Below, in pieces: positions 1-8,528 of a DNA stretch of 40,805 nt. The position numbers were made by a program, and so were the translations under genes. The DNA is from Verrucomicrobiota bacterium (GTDB lineage: Bacteria; Verrucomicrobiota; Verrucomicrobiia; Limisphaerales; UBA1100). Under the pieces are notes generated by a model. The model had not been told where the DNA came from and did no database searches. It saw only the letters and a list, made by a program, of their open reading frames with translations. The stretch is taken from positions 1-40,805 of the forward strand of contig JAPKDK010000001.1 in assembly GCA_028872645.1 (NCBI GenBank), read 5' to 3'. The number at the start of each line of letters is the position of its first letter. The first letter of the stretch is position 1.

Positions 1-1338
1 TTTTGCTCCGGCCACTGGGGAGATTACTTCAGCCCGCCGCTGGAGCACAATGGCCGCCTTGTGAAGGGCGAGGGGTTTTGCGTCGATGATTTCACAAACA
101 AGGCGATGGCGTTTATGGAAAAAGCAAATAAGGCCGACAAGCCGTTTTTCGCTTATCTGCCGTACAACACACCGCACAGCCCGATGCAAGTGCCGGACCG
201 CTGGTGGAATAAATTTAAGGACAAAAAAATCACGATGCACAATCGAGACTCCAAAAAAGAAGACCTACCGCACTTACGGTGCGCACTGGCAATGTGCGAA
301 AACATCGATTGGAACGTCGGGCGCATTCTCAAAAAACTTAATGAAATGAAAATTGCTAACGATACCATCGTGGTGTTCTTCCACGACAACGGGCCGAATG
401 GGTGGCGTTGGAATGGCGGCATGAAAGGCCGCAAAGGCTCCACCGACGAAGGCGGCGTGCGCTCGCCGTTGCTCGTGCGTTGGCCCGGGCGAATCCCGAA
501 AGGTACGGAAGTAAAACCCATCGCGTCGGTGATTGATTTGCTGCCCACGCTGGCCGATTGCGCTGGCATTCCCGTCATTAGCAAAAAGAAACTCGATGGC
601 CGCAGCCTTAAGCCCTTTCTGTTGGGGCAAAAAGGGCAGTGGAAGGAGCGAATTATTTTTTCACACTGGAAAGGACGCGTGAGCGCGCGCACACAAACGC
701 ATCGGCTCGATCACACAGGGAAACTTTTTGATATGACCGCTGACCCTGGCCAACGCAAAGATATCAGCAAAACCAATCCAGCCCTCGCCACCCGCTTGCG
801 CGAACAAGTGGCCCACTGGAAAAAAACCGTGGTAGTGGAACTGGGCAAAGACACGCGCGCCTTTGTGATTGGCCATCCGGATTTTGAATGGACCCAAATC
901 CCCGCTCGCGACGCCACCGCCCACGGCGGTCTCAAGCGTTCCAATCGGTTTCCCAATTGCTCGTATTTTACAAACTGGACAAAGCTCGATGATCAACTCA
1001 TATGGCCCGCAGAGGTAGGTGCCGATGGGCGGTTTGAAGTGACGCTGCACTACGCCGTGCCCAAGGGCAGCGAAGGCACCGTGCTGGAGCTAAGCCACAA
1101 TGGCAACAAACTTCGCCACACGATTGCGCAGCCGCACGAAGCCCCCGCGCGCGGGCAGGAACACGACCGCGTGCCGCGGGCCGAATCGTACGTGAAAGAT
1201 TTCAAGTCAGTGAACATGGGCGAAATCGTCCTGCAAAAAGGTAAAGGCGAACTGACCCTGCGCGCGCTGGAAATCCCCGGCAAAGAGGCGCTGGAGTTTC
1301 GGCTGTTGATGCTGCGGCGGGTTGGGGCATCACGGTAG
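1..1338 (+). CDS. Sulfatase (alkaline-phosphatase-fold arylsulfatase family), 5'-truncated by the window edge, with a ~130-aa non-catalytic C-terminal domain
   Basis: Frame 1 is open from nt 1 (FCSGHWGDYF...) into tracked ORF 61..1338. Sulfatase-type blocks are present: PFFAYLPYNTPHSP, VVFFHDNGP, GMKGRKGSTDEGGVRSPLLVRWPG, DLLPTLADCAGI. The N-terminal FGly motif lies outside the window. Confidence 0.9.
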   Translation, partial: FCSGHWGDYFSPPLEHNGRLVKGEGFCVDDFTNKAMAFMEKANKADKPFFAYLPYNTPHSPMQVPDRWWNKFKDKKITMHNRDSKKEDLPHLRCALAMCENIDWNVGRILKKLNEMKIANDTIVVFFHDNGPNGWRWNGGMKGRKGSTDEGGVRSPLLVRWPGRIPKGTEVKPIASVIDLLPTLADCAGIPVISKKKLDGRSLKPFLLGQKGQWKERIIFSHWKGRVSARTQTHRLDHTGKLFDMTADPGQRKDISKTNPALATRLREQVAHWKKTVVVELGKDTRAFVIGHPDFEWTQIPARDATAHGGLKRSNRFPNCSYFTNWTKLDDQLIWPAEVGADGRFEVTLHYAVPKGSEGTVLELSHNGNKLRHTIAQPHEAPARGQEHDRVPRAESYVKDFKSVNMGEIVLQKGKGELTLRALEIPGKEALEFRLLMLRRVGASR

Positions 1339-1410
1339 GGCGATGATTCGTATGTCCCTCCAAAAAACATTGAACAATTTCTGTGTTTTCTGTGTCTCTG
1401 TGGTGAGATA

Positions 1411-2706
1411 ATGCGAGCCCTCGTTTTCATCACAACCGCGATTCTGGCGGCACCGGTGATAGCCGGCACGCCTGAGGCGATGTCGTTGCTGAAGGCGAAT
1501 TGTTTTTCTTGCCATAATCCGGACAAGGAAAAGGGCGGCCTCGACCTCACCACGCGTGCGGCCGCGCTGCGTGGCAGCGAGGAGGGCAAGGTGCTCCTGC
1601 CTGGACGGGCAGCGGCCAGCCGACTCATCCAATCGCTCCAGCCCGCCGCCGACCCGCACATGCCACCCAAGGTCCAGCTTTTGCCGCGCGCCATCACCGC
1701 GTTGTCGGACTGGGTGAATGCCGGGGCCGAGTGGGACGCCGCGTTATTAAAGGACCGCGCGCGACCGGCGCACGACACATTGGTCGCGTTGCCAAAAGGT
1801 TATGCGCCCGTGCTTGGCGTGGCGCTGTCGCCGGACGCCAAGCGGCTCGCCATCGCGCGCGGCAGCACGGTGGTGGTGCATGACCTGTCACAAACCAACA
1901 AAGTGGTGGCGACGCTCGCCGGTCATCGCGATGCCGTGCAGTCCATTGCCTGGAGCCCTGATGGCCGATGGCTCGCCACCGGTGGCTATCGCAAGGTGCA
2001 GCTGTGGAATTCCAGTTTAATACTCGCGCGCGAGTTGACCGCCTTGGACGGGCGCGTGACGGCGCTGCAGTTCGCGGACGACAACGCCACGTTGTTCACC
2101 GCTGATGGCGCGCCGGCCTCCAGCGGGATGGTGCGCCGATGGAAACTGTCCGACGGCGCAAGACTCGCCGAGTGGCGCGCGCATGGGGATACAATTTACG
2201 GGATGGCCACCAGCCACGATGGGCGGCAGCTCGCCACCGCCGGAGCCGACGGCGTGGCCAAGGTTTGGGATTTGGAGACACACAAGATGACCGTCCAGCT
2301 CGAGGGGCATCAAGGCGCGGTGTTTGGCGTGGCGTTTAACAGTGACGGTCAAAGGCTGGCCACCGCCAGCGCGGATCATGAGTTGCTGGTTTGGGATTTA
2401 AAAACGCGCCAGAAGATCACAGTGATTCGCGTACACAAGGGCGGCGTCACCGCGCTACGCTGGACATCCGACGACAAGGCGCTGGTGACCGCCTGCGAGG
2501 ACGGCTTGGCGCGCGTGTTTACGGACATAAAAAGCCACGACGGCGCGCAGAGCTCCGGCACCGCGCGCGAGGGTAAACTGTCGGGTGCAACCGGCCGCTT
2601 GCACGCGGTGGATGTTTCGGCCGATGCCAAGCTCGTCGTCACCGGCGGCCAAAACGGCGCGGTGTATTTGTGGCGCGACCGGAAACTCGCGGCGACATTG
2701 AAATGA
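1411..2706 (+). CDS. Planctomycete-type cytochrome c domain (PSCyt1-like, CxxCH) fused to WD40 repeats; secreted
   Basis: Signal peptide MRALVFITTAILAAPVIAG. Heme motif in LLKANCFSCHNPDKEKGGLDL. At least 4 WD40 repeats (HRDAVQSIAWSPDGRWLATGG; HGDTIYGMATSHDGRQLATAGADGVAKVWDL; HQGAVFGVAFNSDGQRLATASADHELLVWDL; HKGGVTALRWTSDD). GGTGA lies 5 nt upstream of the ATG. Confidence 0.85.
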   Translation: MRALVFITTAILAAPVIAGTPEAMSLLKANCFSCHNPDKEKGGLDLTTRAAALRGSEEGKVLLPGRAAASRLIQSLQPAADPHMPPKVQLLPRAITALSDWVNAGAEWDAALLKDRARPAHDTLVALPKGYAPVLGVALSPDAKRLAIARGSTVVVHDLSQTNKVVATLAGHRDAVQSIAWSPDGRWLATGGYRKVQLWNSSLILARELTALDGRVTALQFADDNATLFTADGAPASSGMVRRWKLSDGARLAEWRAHGDTIYGMATSHDGRQLATAGADGVAKVWDLETHKMTVQLEGHQGAVFGVAFNSDGQRLATASADHELLVWDLKTRQKITVIRVHKGGVTALRWTSDDKALVTACEDGLARVFTDIKSHDGAQSSGTAREGKLSGATGRLHAVDVSADAKLVVTGGQNGAVYLWRDRKLAATLK

Positions 2707-5162
2707 AAAGCTTGTCAGCCATTTTAGTTTTGATTGGGGTAGCGGGCTGCACCTCGCTGCCCGAGGGTGCGCCGCGGGTTTCGGGCATCACGCTGTCGCC
2801 CGTCGCAGTGGCGCTGGAGGTGGATGCGCGGCAGCGGTTGCTGGTGAGCGGCGCCATCGCGGGCCGCGAGGTGGACGTGACGCATTATGTGAATTTTTCT
2901 ACCGACAAACCCAAGGTGGCGGTGGTGGATCGCACGGGCCAAGTGCGCGCCGTGGGGCCGGGCGAGGCGGTGGTGACGGCGAAGTACGGTTCGCACACCG
3001 CGCAATTCAAACTGACCGTCAAGCCGCGCGCGGCAAATCAGCCGTTGAGTTTCGTGAATGACGTTCTGCCAATTCTCAGCAAGGCGGGCTGCAACGCGGG
3101 CTCGTGTCACGCCAAGCCGGAGGGTCAAAATGGTTTCAAACTCTCGGTGTTCACTTACGATCCCGAAAGCGATTGGCGCGAGATTGTTGAGGACGCGCGC
3201 GGGCGGCGGGTGTTCCCGGCGTTCCCATCGGAGAGTCTCATTGTTAAAAAGGCAACGCTGGCCATCCCGCACGAGGGCGGGCAGCGCATCCAGCCGGGCT
3301 CGGAATCGGAACGGGTGCTGCTAAAGTGGATTCGCGACGGGATGGTTTTTCAGCGCGAAGATGAGCCGGCGCTGGAGCGCGTGAGCGTGCTGCCGACGGC
3401 GCGCGTGTATCGGCGCGAGCAATCGCAGCGGCTCATCGTGCAGGCGCATTACTCCGATGGCAGCGTACGCGACGTGACCGGGCTGGCGGATTTCGTCGCC
3501 AACGATGGCGAGGTGGCGACGGTTGATGATCACGGCCGCGTGATCGTCGGCACGGTTCATGGCGAGAGCACCATTCTCGCGCGTTACATGGGGCAGGTGG
3601 CCATTGCGCGTATCACGGTGCCGGCGGAAAACCGACTGCCTGCCGAGCAGTATGCCGCGTTGCCGAAAAACAATTTCATCGACGAGTTGGCACACGTGCA
3701 GTTTGAGCGACTGGGGTTGTTTCCCTCAGATCTTTGCACAGACGTGGAGTTCTTGAGGCGCGCCTCGCTGGATGCCATCGGCCGCCTGCCGTCGCCGATC
3801 GAGGCGAAAGCGTTCATCGATGACCCCTCGCCGGACAAGCGCGGGAAACTCATCGAGCGCCTGCTGGCCGACCCCGCTTATGCCGACCATTGGGCGAACC
3901 AGTGGGCGGACCTCGTGCGGCCCAATCCCGACCGCGCGGGTCTAAAGAGCGTTTACATTCTCGACCAGTGGCTGCGCGAGTCCTTCCGCGCCAACCTACC
4001 AATGGACCAATTCGCGCGCGCGATGGTCGCGGCCAGCGGCAGCACGCATCGGTTTGGGCCGACAGTCGTCTATCGCGACAAGCGCACGCCGCCGGAGTTG
4101 GCGAAGATTTTCAGCCAGGTTTTTCTCGGCACGCGGCTCGAGTGCGCGCGCTGCCACAATCATCCAAACGAGAAATGGACGCTCACCGATTTCCATGCGT
4201 TCTCGGCATTCTTCGGGAAAATCGGCCGCAAGGGCTCGGGCGTTTCGCCGCCGATTTCCGGCGGCACGGAATGGTTTTTTGCCGGTGGCAGCGGCAGCGT
4301 GAAACACCCCGTCACCGGCGAGGCCCTTGCCCCCAAGCCGCCCGGCGCGCCCACGCCCGAGCTCGACGCCAAGGCCGACCCGCGCGAGGTGCTGGTGGAC
4401 TGGATAACCGCGCCGGACAATCCATTCTTCGCGCGCGCGATGGTGAACCGCGTGTGGGGAAATTTTTTCGGGCGCGGACTCGTGGAACCGGTGGACGACC
4501 TGCGCACCTCCAACCCGCCCGTCAACGCCGCGTTGCTCGACGCGCTCGCGAAACATTTTGTTGAAATGAAGTACGACCAAAAGGCGATCATCCGCACCGT
4601 GATGCAAAGCCGCCTATACCAACTCAGCCACACGCCGAACGAAACCAACACCGCCGACACGCGCAACTTTTCCCGGATGTATTTGCGCCGCCTACGCGCG
4701 GAGGTGCTTATGGATGCCATCGGCGACGTGACCGGCGTGCCGTCCAGTTTTTCCGCCACGTGGCCCGGTGCGCGCGCGGTGGAGACGTGGAATTTTAAAA
4801 TCAGCAGTGAATTCCTCGACGCCTTTGGCCGACCCAACTCCAGTAGCGATCCTCCCTGCGAACGCAACACATCCGGCACCATCGTCCAGGCGCTGCACCT
4901 GATGCACGGCGACGGGTTGCAGAAAAAAATTACCCACGCGCAAGGCCGCGCCCGCCGCCTGGCCGACAGTAAAATGACCGTGGCCGAAATCGCCGATGAA
5001 GTTTACCTTGCCACCCTCAGCCGCCGCCCCACCCAAGCCGAACGCGCCCAAGTCGAAAAATTCTACGAAACCATCAAAGACAAAAAAGACGCCCGCCGCA
5101 CCGCCACCGAAGATTTCATCTGGGCCATCATCAACTCGGCAGAGTTCATTTTTAACCATTAA
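2703..5162 (+). CDS. DUF1549/DUF1553 (PSCyt2/PSD1-type) lipoprotein with two Big_2 Ig-like domains
   Basis: ATG at 2703 overlaps the upstream TGA (ATGA). Lipobox in MKSLSAILVLIGVAGC. Big_2-like segments (ITLSPVAV...VTAKYGSHTAQFKLTV; VSVLPTAR...ARYMGQVAIARITV). Family hallmarks AGCNAGSCHAKPEGQNGFKLS, ECARCHNHPNEKW, NPFFARAMVNRVWGNFFGRGLVEPVDD, FIWAIINSAEFIFNH. The tracked ORF start at 2670 is a GTG extension. Confidence 0.9.
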   Translation: MKSLSAILVLIGVAGCTSLPEGAPRVSGITLSPVAVALEVDARQRLLVSGAIAGREVDVTHYVNFSTDKPKVAVVDRTGQVRAVGPGEAVVTAKYGSHTAQFKLTVKPRAANQPLSFVNDVLPILSKAGCNAGSCHAKPEGQNGFKLSVFTYDPESDWREIVEDARGRRVFPAFPSESLIVKKATLAIPHEGGQRIQPGSESERVLLKWIRDGMVFQREDEPALERVSVLPTARVYRREQSQRLIVQAHYSDGSVRDVTGLADFVANDGEVATVDDHGRVIVGTVHGESTILARYMGQVAIARITVPAENRLPAEQYAALPKNNFIDELAHVQFERLGLFPSDLCTDVEFLRRASLDAIGRLPSPIEAKAFIDDPSPDKRGKLIERLLADPAYADHWANQWADLVRPNPDRAGLKSVYILDQWLRESFRANLPMDQFARAMVAASGSTHRFGPTVVYRDKRTPPELAKIFSQVFLGTRLECARCHNHPNEKWTLTDFHAFSAFFGKIGRKGSGVSPPISGGTEWFFAGGSGSVKHPVTGEALAPKPPGAPTPELDAKADPREVLVDWITAPDNPFFARAMVNRVWGNFFGRGLVEPVDDLRTSNPPVNAALLDALAKHFVEMKYDQKAIIRTVMQSRLYQLSHTPNETNTADTRNFSRMYLRRLRAEVLMDAIGDVTGVPSSFSATWPGARAVETWNFKISSEFLDAFGRPNSSSDPPCERNTSGTIVQALHLMHGDGLQKKITHAQGRARRLADSKMTVAEIADEVYLATLSRRPTQAERAQVEKFYETIKDKKDARRTATEDFIWAIINSAEFIFNH

Positions 5163-5250
5163 GAATTTTTGATTTACGACAGTCGGCCATGATGAATTTG
5201 TGTTACTTTTAATCCGTCGAAATGGCTGGCCTTGAGAGGGGTGATTTTTT

Positions 5251-6567
5251 ATGAACCGGACAAAATATAATTGCGCGGGCATGGGCCGGCGAGATTTTCT
5301 GCAGGTGGGCTTGGGCGGCATGCTGGGCTTGGGGTTGGCGGATTTGTTGCGGGCACGGGAGGCAAAGGCGGGGAAAAAGATTAACTGTATTCTCGTTTGG
5401 CTGGATGGCGGGCCGTCGCATTATGAAACTTTTGATCCGAAGCCAGATGCGCCGAAGGAGATTCGCGGCGAATTTGGGGCAATGAAGACGAGCGTGCCGG
5501 GGGTGCATTTTTGCGACAAGGTGCCGCACTTGGCGAAGGTGGCGGACAAAGTGACGGTCGTACGATCGATCTGGCACAAGGATCCCAATCACGGCGGCGG
5601 CAATCATTATATGATGACCGGCCGGCCGACGCCCGTGCCAGTGAACTGCGGGGCCTTTGTGACCTTCCATCCGTCGTTCGGGGCGACGACCAGTTATGCG
5701 CGCGGCGTGATCGATGGCTTGCCGCCGTACATGTCGATGGACCGAATGACGCGCTCGGGCGGGCCGAATTTTCTCGGCGCAGAGCACGCGCCTTTTGTCA
5801 TCTCGGGCGATCCCAGCAACAAAAGTTTTAAGGTGCGCGATGTGGTTTTGCCGCAGGGCATCAGCGAGGGCCGCGCGGAAAATCGCCGCCGGTTGCGGCG
5901 CGATCTGGATAATCTGCTGCGCATCACCGACAAGGTGGCGAAGGATCCGGCGGTAAGCTTCGACCGCTTTAACGCGCAGGGCGTCGACCTTGTCACCTCA
6001 ACCGCCGCGCAAAAGGCGTTCGATATTTCGCAGGAGGACGACAAGGTGCGCGATCGTTACGGCCGGAACTCATTTGGCCAGCGCATGCTGTTGGCGCGGC
6101 GCTTGACGGAGGTGGGCGTGTCGTTTGTCACGGTTTATTATGGCGGCTGGGATCATCACAGGAATATATTTAAGACGCTCAACGGCAAATTCATGACCCA
6201 ATGGGATCAAGGCCTCGCGGCCCTCATTGCCGATCTCGACGATCGCGGGCAGCTCGATAACACGATGGTCGTTTGCCTCGGCGAATTTGGCCGCACGCCC
6301 AAGGTTAATAAAAACGCCGGACGCGATCACTGGCCCGGCGCGATGAGCGTGCTGTTGGCCGGGGCGGGAATTCCGCGCGGGCAAATCGTCGGCGCCACCG
6401 ACGCAAAGGGCTACTACGCCGCCGAAAATGTTTACACGCCGGAAGACTTTGCCGCGTCGCTTTACCACAAGCTGGGTATCGATCCGCATCAGGTGCTGCA
6501 CACCGCCACCGGACGGCCGGTGCAGTTGGTGGACGGCGGTTCGCGCATCAAGGAACTCTTCGCGTGA
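5251..6567 (+). CDS. DUF1501 protein (sulfatase/phosphatase-fold, Tat signal)
   Basis: Twin-arginine motif GRRDFLQVGLGG. Typical blocks ILVWLDGGPSHYETFDPKPDAP, VVRSIWHKDPNHGGGNHYMMTG, YGGWDHH, GEFGRTPKVNKNAGRDHWP. GAGAGGGG Shine-Dalgarno-like run upstream of ATG 5251; alternative ATG at 5281. Confidence 0.9.
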   Translation: MNRTKYNCAGMGRRDFLQVGLGGMLGLGLADLLRAREAKAGKKINCILVWLDGGPSHYETFDPKPDAPKEIRGEFGAMKTSVPGVHFCDKVPHLAKVADKVTVVRSIWHKDPNHGGGNHYMMTGRPTPVPVNCGAFVTFHPSFGATTSYARGVIDGLPPYMSMDRMTRSGGPNFLGAEHAPFVISGDPSNKSFKVRDVVLPQGISEGRAENRRRLRRDLDNLLRITDKVAKDPAVSFDRFNAQGVDLVTSTAAQKAFDISQEDDKVRDRYGRNSFGQRMLLARRLTEVGVSFVTVYYGGWDHHRNIFKTLNGKFMTQWDQGLAALIADLDDRGQLDNTMVVCLGEFGRTPKVNKNAGRDHWPGAMSVLLAGAGIPRGQIVGATDAKGYYAAENVYTPEDFAASLYHKLGIDPHQVLHTATGRPVQLVDGGSRIKELFA

Positions 6568-8216
6568 TGGGCCTCGCACTCATTGCGGCAATCTTATTTT
6601 CACTCACGGCAGCCGCTGCACCGCCGCAGGTGGATTGGCTTTTTCCCATCGGCGCCCAGCGCGGCAGCGAGGCGCTCGCGCAAATCGGCGGCAAGTTTCA
6701 ATGGCCCTTAAAAACTTGGGTGGACGATCCCGGAATCACGATCACAGCCGATGCTAAAAAAAAGGGCTTCTTCAAAATCACCGTCACGAAAGGCGTCACC
6801 CCTGGGCCTCATCTCGTGCGTTTTTATGATGGCAACGGCACCGCGCCGCCGCGCGTTTTTTTTGTGAGCAAAGCGCCTGATGTTCCGGAGAAAGAGCCGA
6901 ACAACGAAATGCTCTTACCGCAGGCGGTGGACGTGCTGCCCGCTGTCGTCCACGGCAAACTGCAAAGTAGCGGCGATGTGGATAGTTACCGCGTCAAACT
7001 CAAGGCCGGCCAAATTTTCATCGCGCAGCTCGACGCGTACACCGCCGGTGTTTCGATGGATGCGTTGCTGCTGCTGCGCGATCACCGAGGCGTGAAGCTC
7101 GCCTTTAATCATGACGCCCACTCACTCGACCCGCGTCTCGTGTGGCCATGCGATCGCGATGGCGAATATGTTTTGCAGGTCGCCGCGTTCAAATTTCCCG
7201 CCAACAGCAGCTCGAGTTTCATCGGCGGTGCAAATTATGTTTATCGCATCACCCTCACCAACGGCCCGTGGATCCGCCACGCTTGGCCGCACGGCGCGGC
7301 TTCCACGAAAGGCAGCGTTGGATTGATTGGCTGGAACTTAAAAAACACCTCCGCCGCCACGCCCGAAAATTCCAGCCGCGAAACCATTGTGGCGGTAGAT
7401 GCCGCAAATGGCCCGCTGCGATTGCCGGTGACGCCGTGGCCACAGTTGGCTGAGCACGAGCCCAATGACACCAACGCTACTGCGCAATTATTCGCCGCAC
7501 CCGCGACGATTTCCGGCCGCATCGACAAGCCCGGCGACATCGATCGCTTTGCCTTCACCGCCAAGAAAGGCGCGCGCTATCGGCTGGACATCGATTCGTT
7601 TACGCTCGGCTTCCTGCTGGACGCGCGGTTGTCGGTCGAGAATTCCGCCGGCAAAGAACTCACCAACAACGATGACGCCAATAAAAACCGCGACCCGCTG
7701 CTCAACTGGACCGCCCCCGCCGCCGGCCGTTTCTGCGCGGTTGTTCGCAGTCTGTTGCACAAAGGCGGTGGTGAATATTTTTACACGCTGAAAATTCACC
7801 AACCCGAACCAAGCTTCAGCGCCACCGTCGCCGCGCCGCAATTCGCCATAAACGCCGGCGTCACCAACGAAGTGAAAGTGACCGTCAATTATCTCGACGG
7901 CTACAAAGGTAAACTCACCGTCGCCGCAAAAGGTTTGCCCAAAGGCGTGAGCGCCGCGCCGGTCATCATGGAAAAGAAAGGCACCGCCACCCTCAAACTC
8001 ATCGCCGCCAAAGACGCACCGCCCCACAACTCCCCGCTAACCATTACCATCACGCCCGAAGGCAAACCCGCCACGCCCGCCACCGTCGCCCTCACCAGCG
8101 CCAGCGTTAACAACGGCGTCCCCCAAGGCTTCCCCGACTTCATCATCCCCACCTCGCCCCACCTCTGGCTCTCCGTGCTCCCGGCTAAGCCGCCTGCTAA
8201 GAAGCCGAAGCCGTGA
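6567..8216 (+). CDS. Secreted protein with two pre-peptidase C-terminal (PPC)-like domains and a Lys/Pro-rich tail
   Basis: GTGATG at 6564..6569 overlaps the DUF1501 stop, so the start is GTG 6564 or ATG 6567. Signal peptide MGLALIAAILFSLTAAAA. Two PPC-like units start EKEPNNEMLLPQAVDVLPAVVHGKLQSSGDVDSYRVKLKAGQ and EHEPNDTNATAQLFAAPATISGRIDKPGDIDRFAFTAKKGARYRLDI. Tail is PAKPPAKKPKP. Confidence 0.7.
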   Translation: MGLALIAAILFSLTAAAAPPQVDWLFPIGAQRGSEALAQIGGKFQWPLKTWVDDPGITITADAKKKGFFKITVTKGVTPGPHLVRFYDGNGTAPPRVFFVSKAPDVPEKEPNNEMLLPQAVDVLPAVVHGKLQSSGDVDSYRVKLKAGQIFIAQLDAYTAGVSMDALLLLRDHRGVKLAFNHDAHSLDPRLVWPCDRDGEYVLQVAAFKFPANSSSSFIGGANYVYRITLTNGPWIRHAWPHGAASTKGSVGLIGWNLKNTSAATPENSSRETIVAVDAANGPLRLPVTPWPQLAEHEPNDTNATAQLFAAPATISGRIDKPGDIDRFAFTAKKGARYRLDIDSFTLGFLLDARLSVENSAGKELTNNDDANKNRDPLLNWTAPAAGRFCAVVRSLLHKGGGEYFYTLKIHQPEPSFSATVAAPQFAINAGVTNEVKVTVNYLDGYKGKLTVAAKGLPKGVSAAPVIMEKKGTATLKLIAAKDAPPHNSPLTITITPEGKPATPATVALTSASVNNGVPQGFPDFIIPTSPHLWLSVLPAKPPAKKPKP

Positions 8217-8233
8217 AGAAGCCGAAGCCGTGA
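8200..8233 (+). repeat. Perfect 17-bp tandem duplication (agaagccgaagccgtga x2) spanning the stop codon of the PPC-domain gene
   Basis: 8200..8216 and 8217..8233 are identical when read directly. Each copy ends in TGA. Confidence 0.95.
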
Positions 8234-8279
8234 AATTAACTGCACGGTGAATGCGCTGAAGTAACCGTTTCTGTTCCGG
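8228..8279 (+). repeat. Degenerate copy of the convergent gene junction found at 10753..10811 (last 10 codons of the 8529..10796 gene plus the first bases beyond it)
   Basis: 8228..8279 ccgtgaaat-taactgcacggtgaatgcgctgaagtaaccgtttctgttccgg aligns with 10753..10811 ccgtgaaatcagaaattaactgcacggtgaatgtgttgaagtagcggttactgctccgg. There are 6 mismatches in 43 nt plus a 7-nt gap. The copy encodes EINCTVNALK* versus EINCTVNVLK*. Confidence 0.8.
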
Positions 8280-8298
8280 ATCGTGGAATGGAGAATGA

Positions 8299-8466
8299 CC
8301 GTCCGCCGAGCAAGGGTTTGTACGTGAAAAACTTCAGGGCGGTGAATATGGCATGATCGAATTAAAAAAGAGCAAGGGCGAGTTCACGCTGCGCGCGCTG
8401 AAAATTCCCGACCCAGAGGTGCTGGAGTTTCGGCTGTTGATGCTGCGGAGCGTGCCTCCGCGGTGA
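8299..8466 (+). pseudogene. 3'-terminal remnant of a sulfatase paralog (C-terminal domain only)
   Basis: Translation [55 protein letters not shown] aligns with the last 54 aa of the 1..1338 sulfatase ([54 protein letters not shown]). An in-frame TGA at 8296..8298 lies directly upstream, and there is no catalytic domain. Confidence 0.8.
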
Positions 8467-8485
8467 AAATGAAAACGGGTCGTTA

Positions 8486-8513
8486 TTGACACTTCCTGTT
8501 GCTGCTCCACAAT
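8486..8513 (+). promoter_or_regulatory. Candidate sigma70-like promoter (TTGACA-N16-CACAAT) 15 nt upstream of ATG 8529
   Basis: TTGACA at 8486..8491 and CACAAT at 8508..8513. There is no Shine-Dalgarno sequence between it and the ATG. This is a pattern match only. Confidence 0.25.
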
Positions 8514-8528
8514 CGGCGCCGACCATTT

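Noticed and set aside
153-1778. Several minus-strand ORFs (153..692, 274..630, 661..1050, 1050..1778, 1330..1659) opposite the sulfatase and WD40 genes
   Set aside because: They are Arg/Ala/Pro-rich antisense translations of strongly supported plus-strand genes. They have no start context or motifs.
3890-4882. Alternative-frame and antisense ORFs inside the DUF1549/DUF1553 gene (3890..4564 +, 3996..4607 -, 4160..4882 -)
   Set aside because: The DUF1553-type motifs are continuous in the annotated frame. The others show the Arg/Gly/Pro-heavy composition expected from out-of-frame reading of ~65-75 percent GC DNA.
8353-8466. 37-codon ORF ([37 protein letters not shown]) that could be called a small gene
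   Set aside because: It is just the tail of the sulfatase C-terminal domain remnant. It has no RBS and no independent fold is expected. It is treated as part of the pseudogene.
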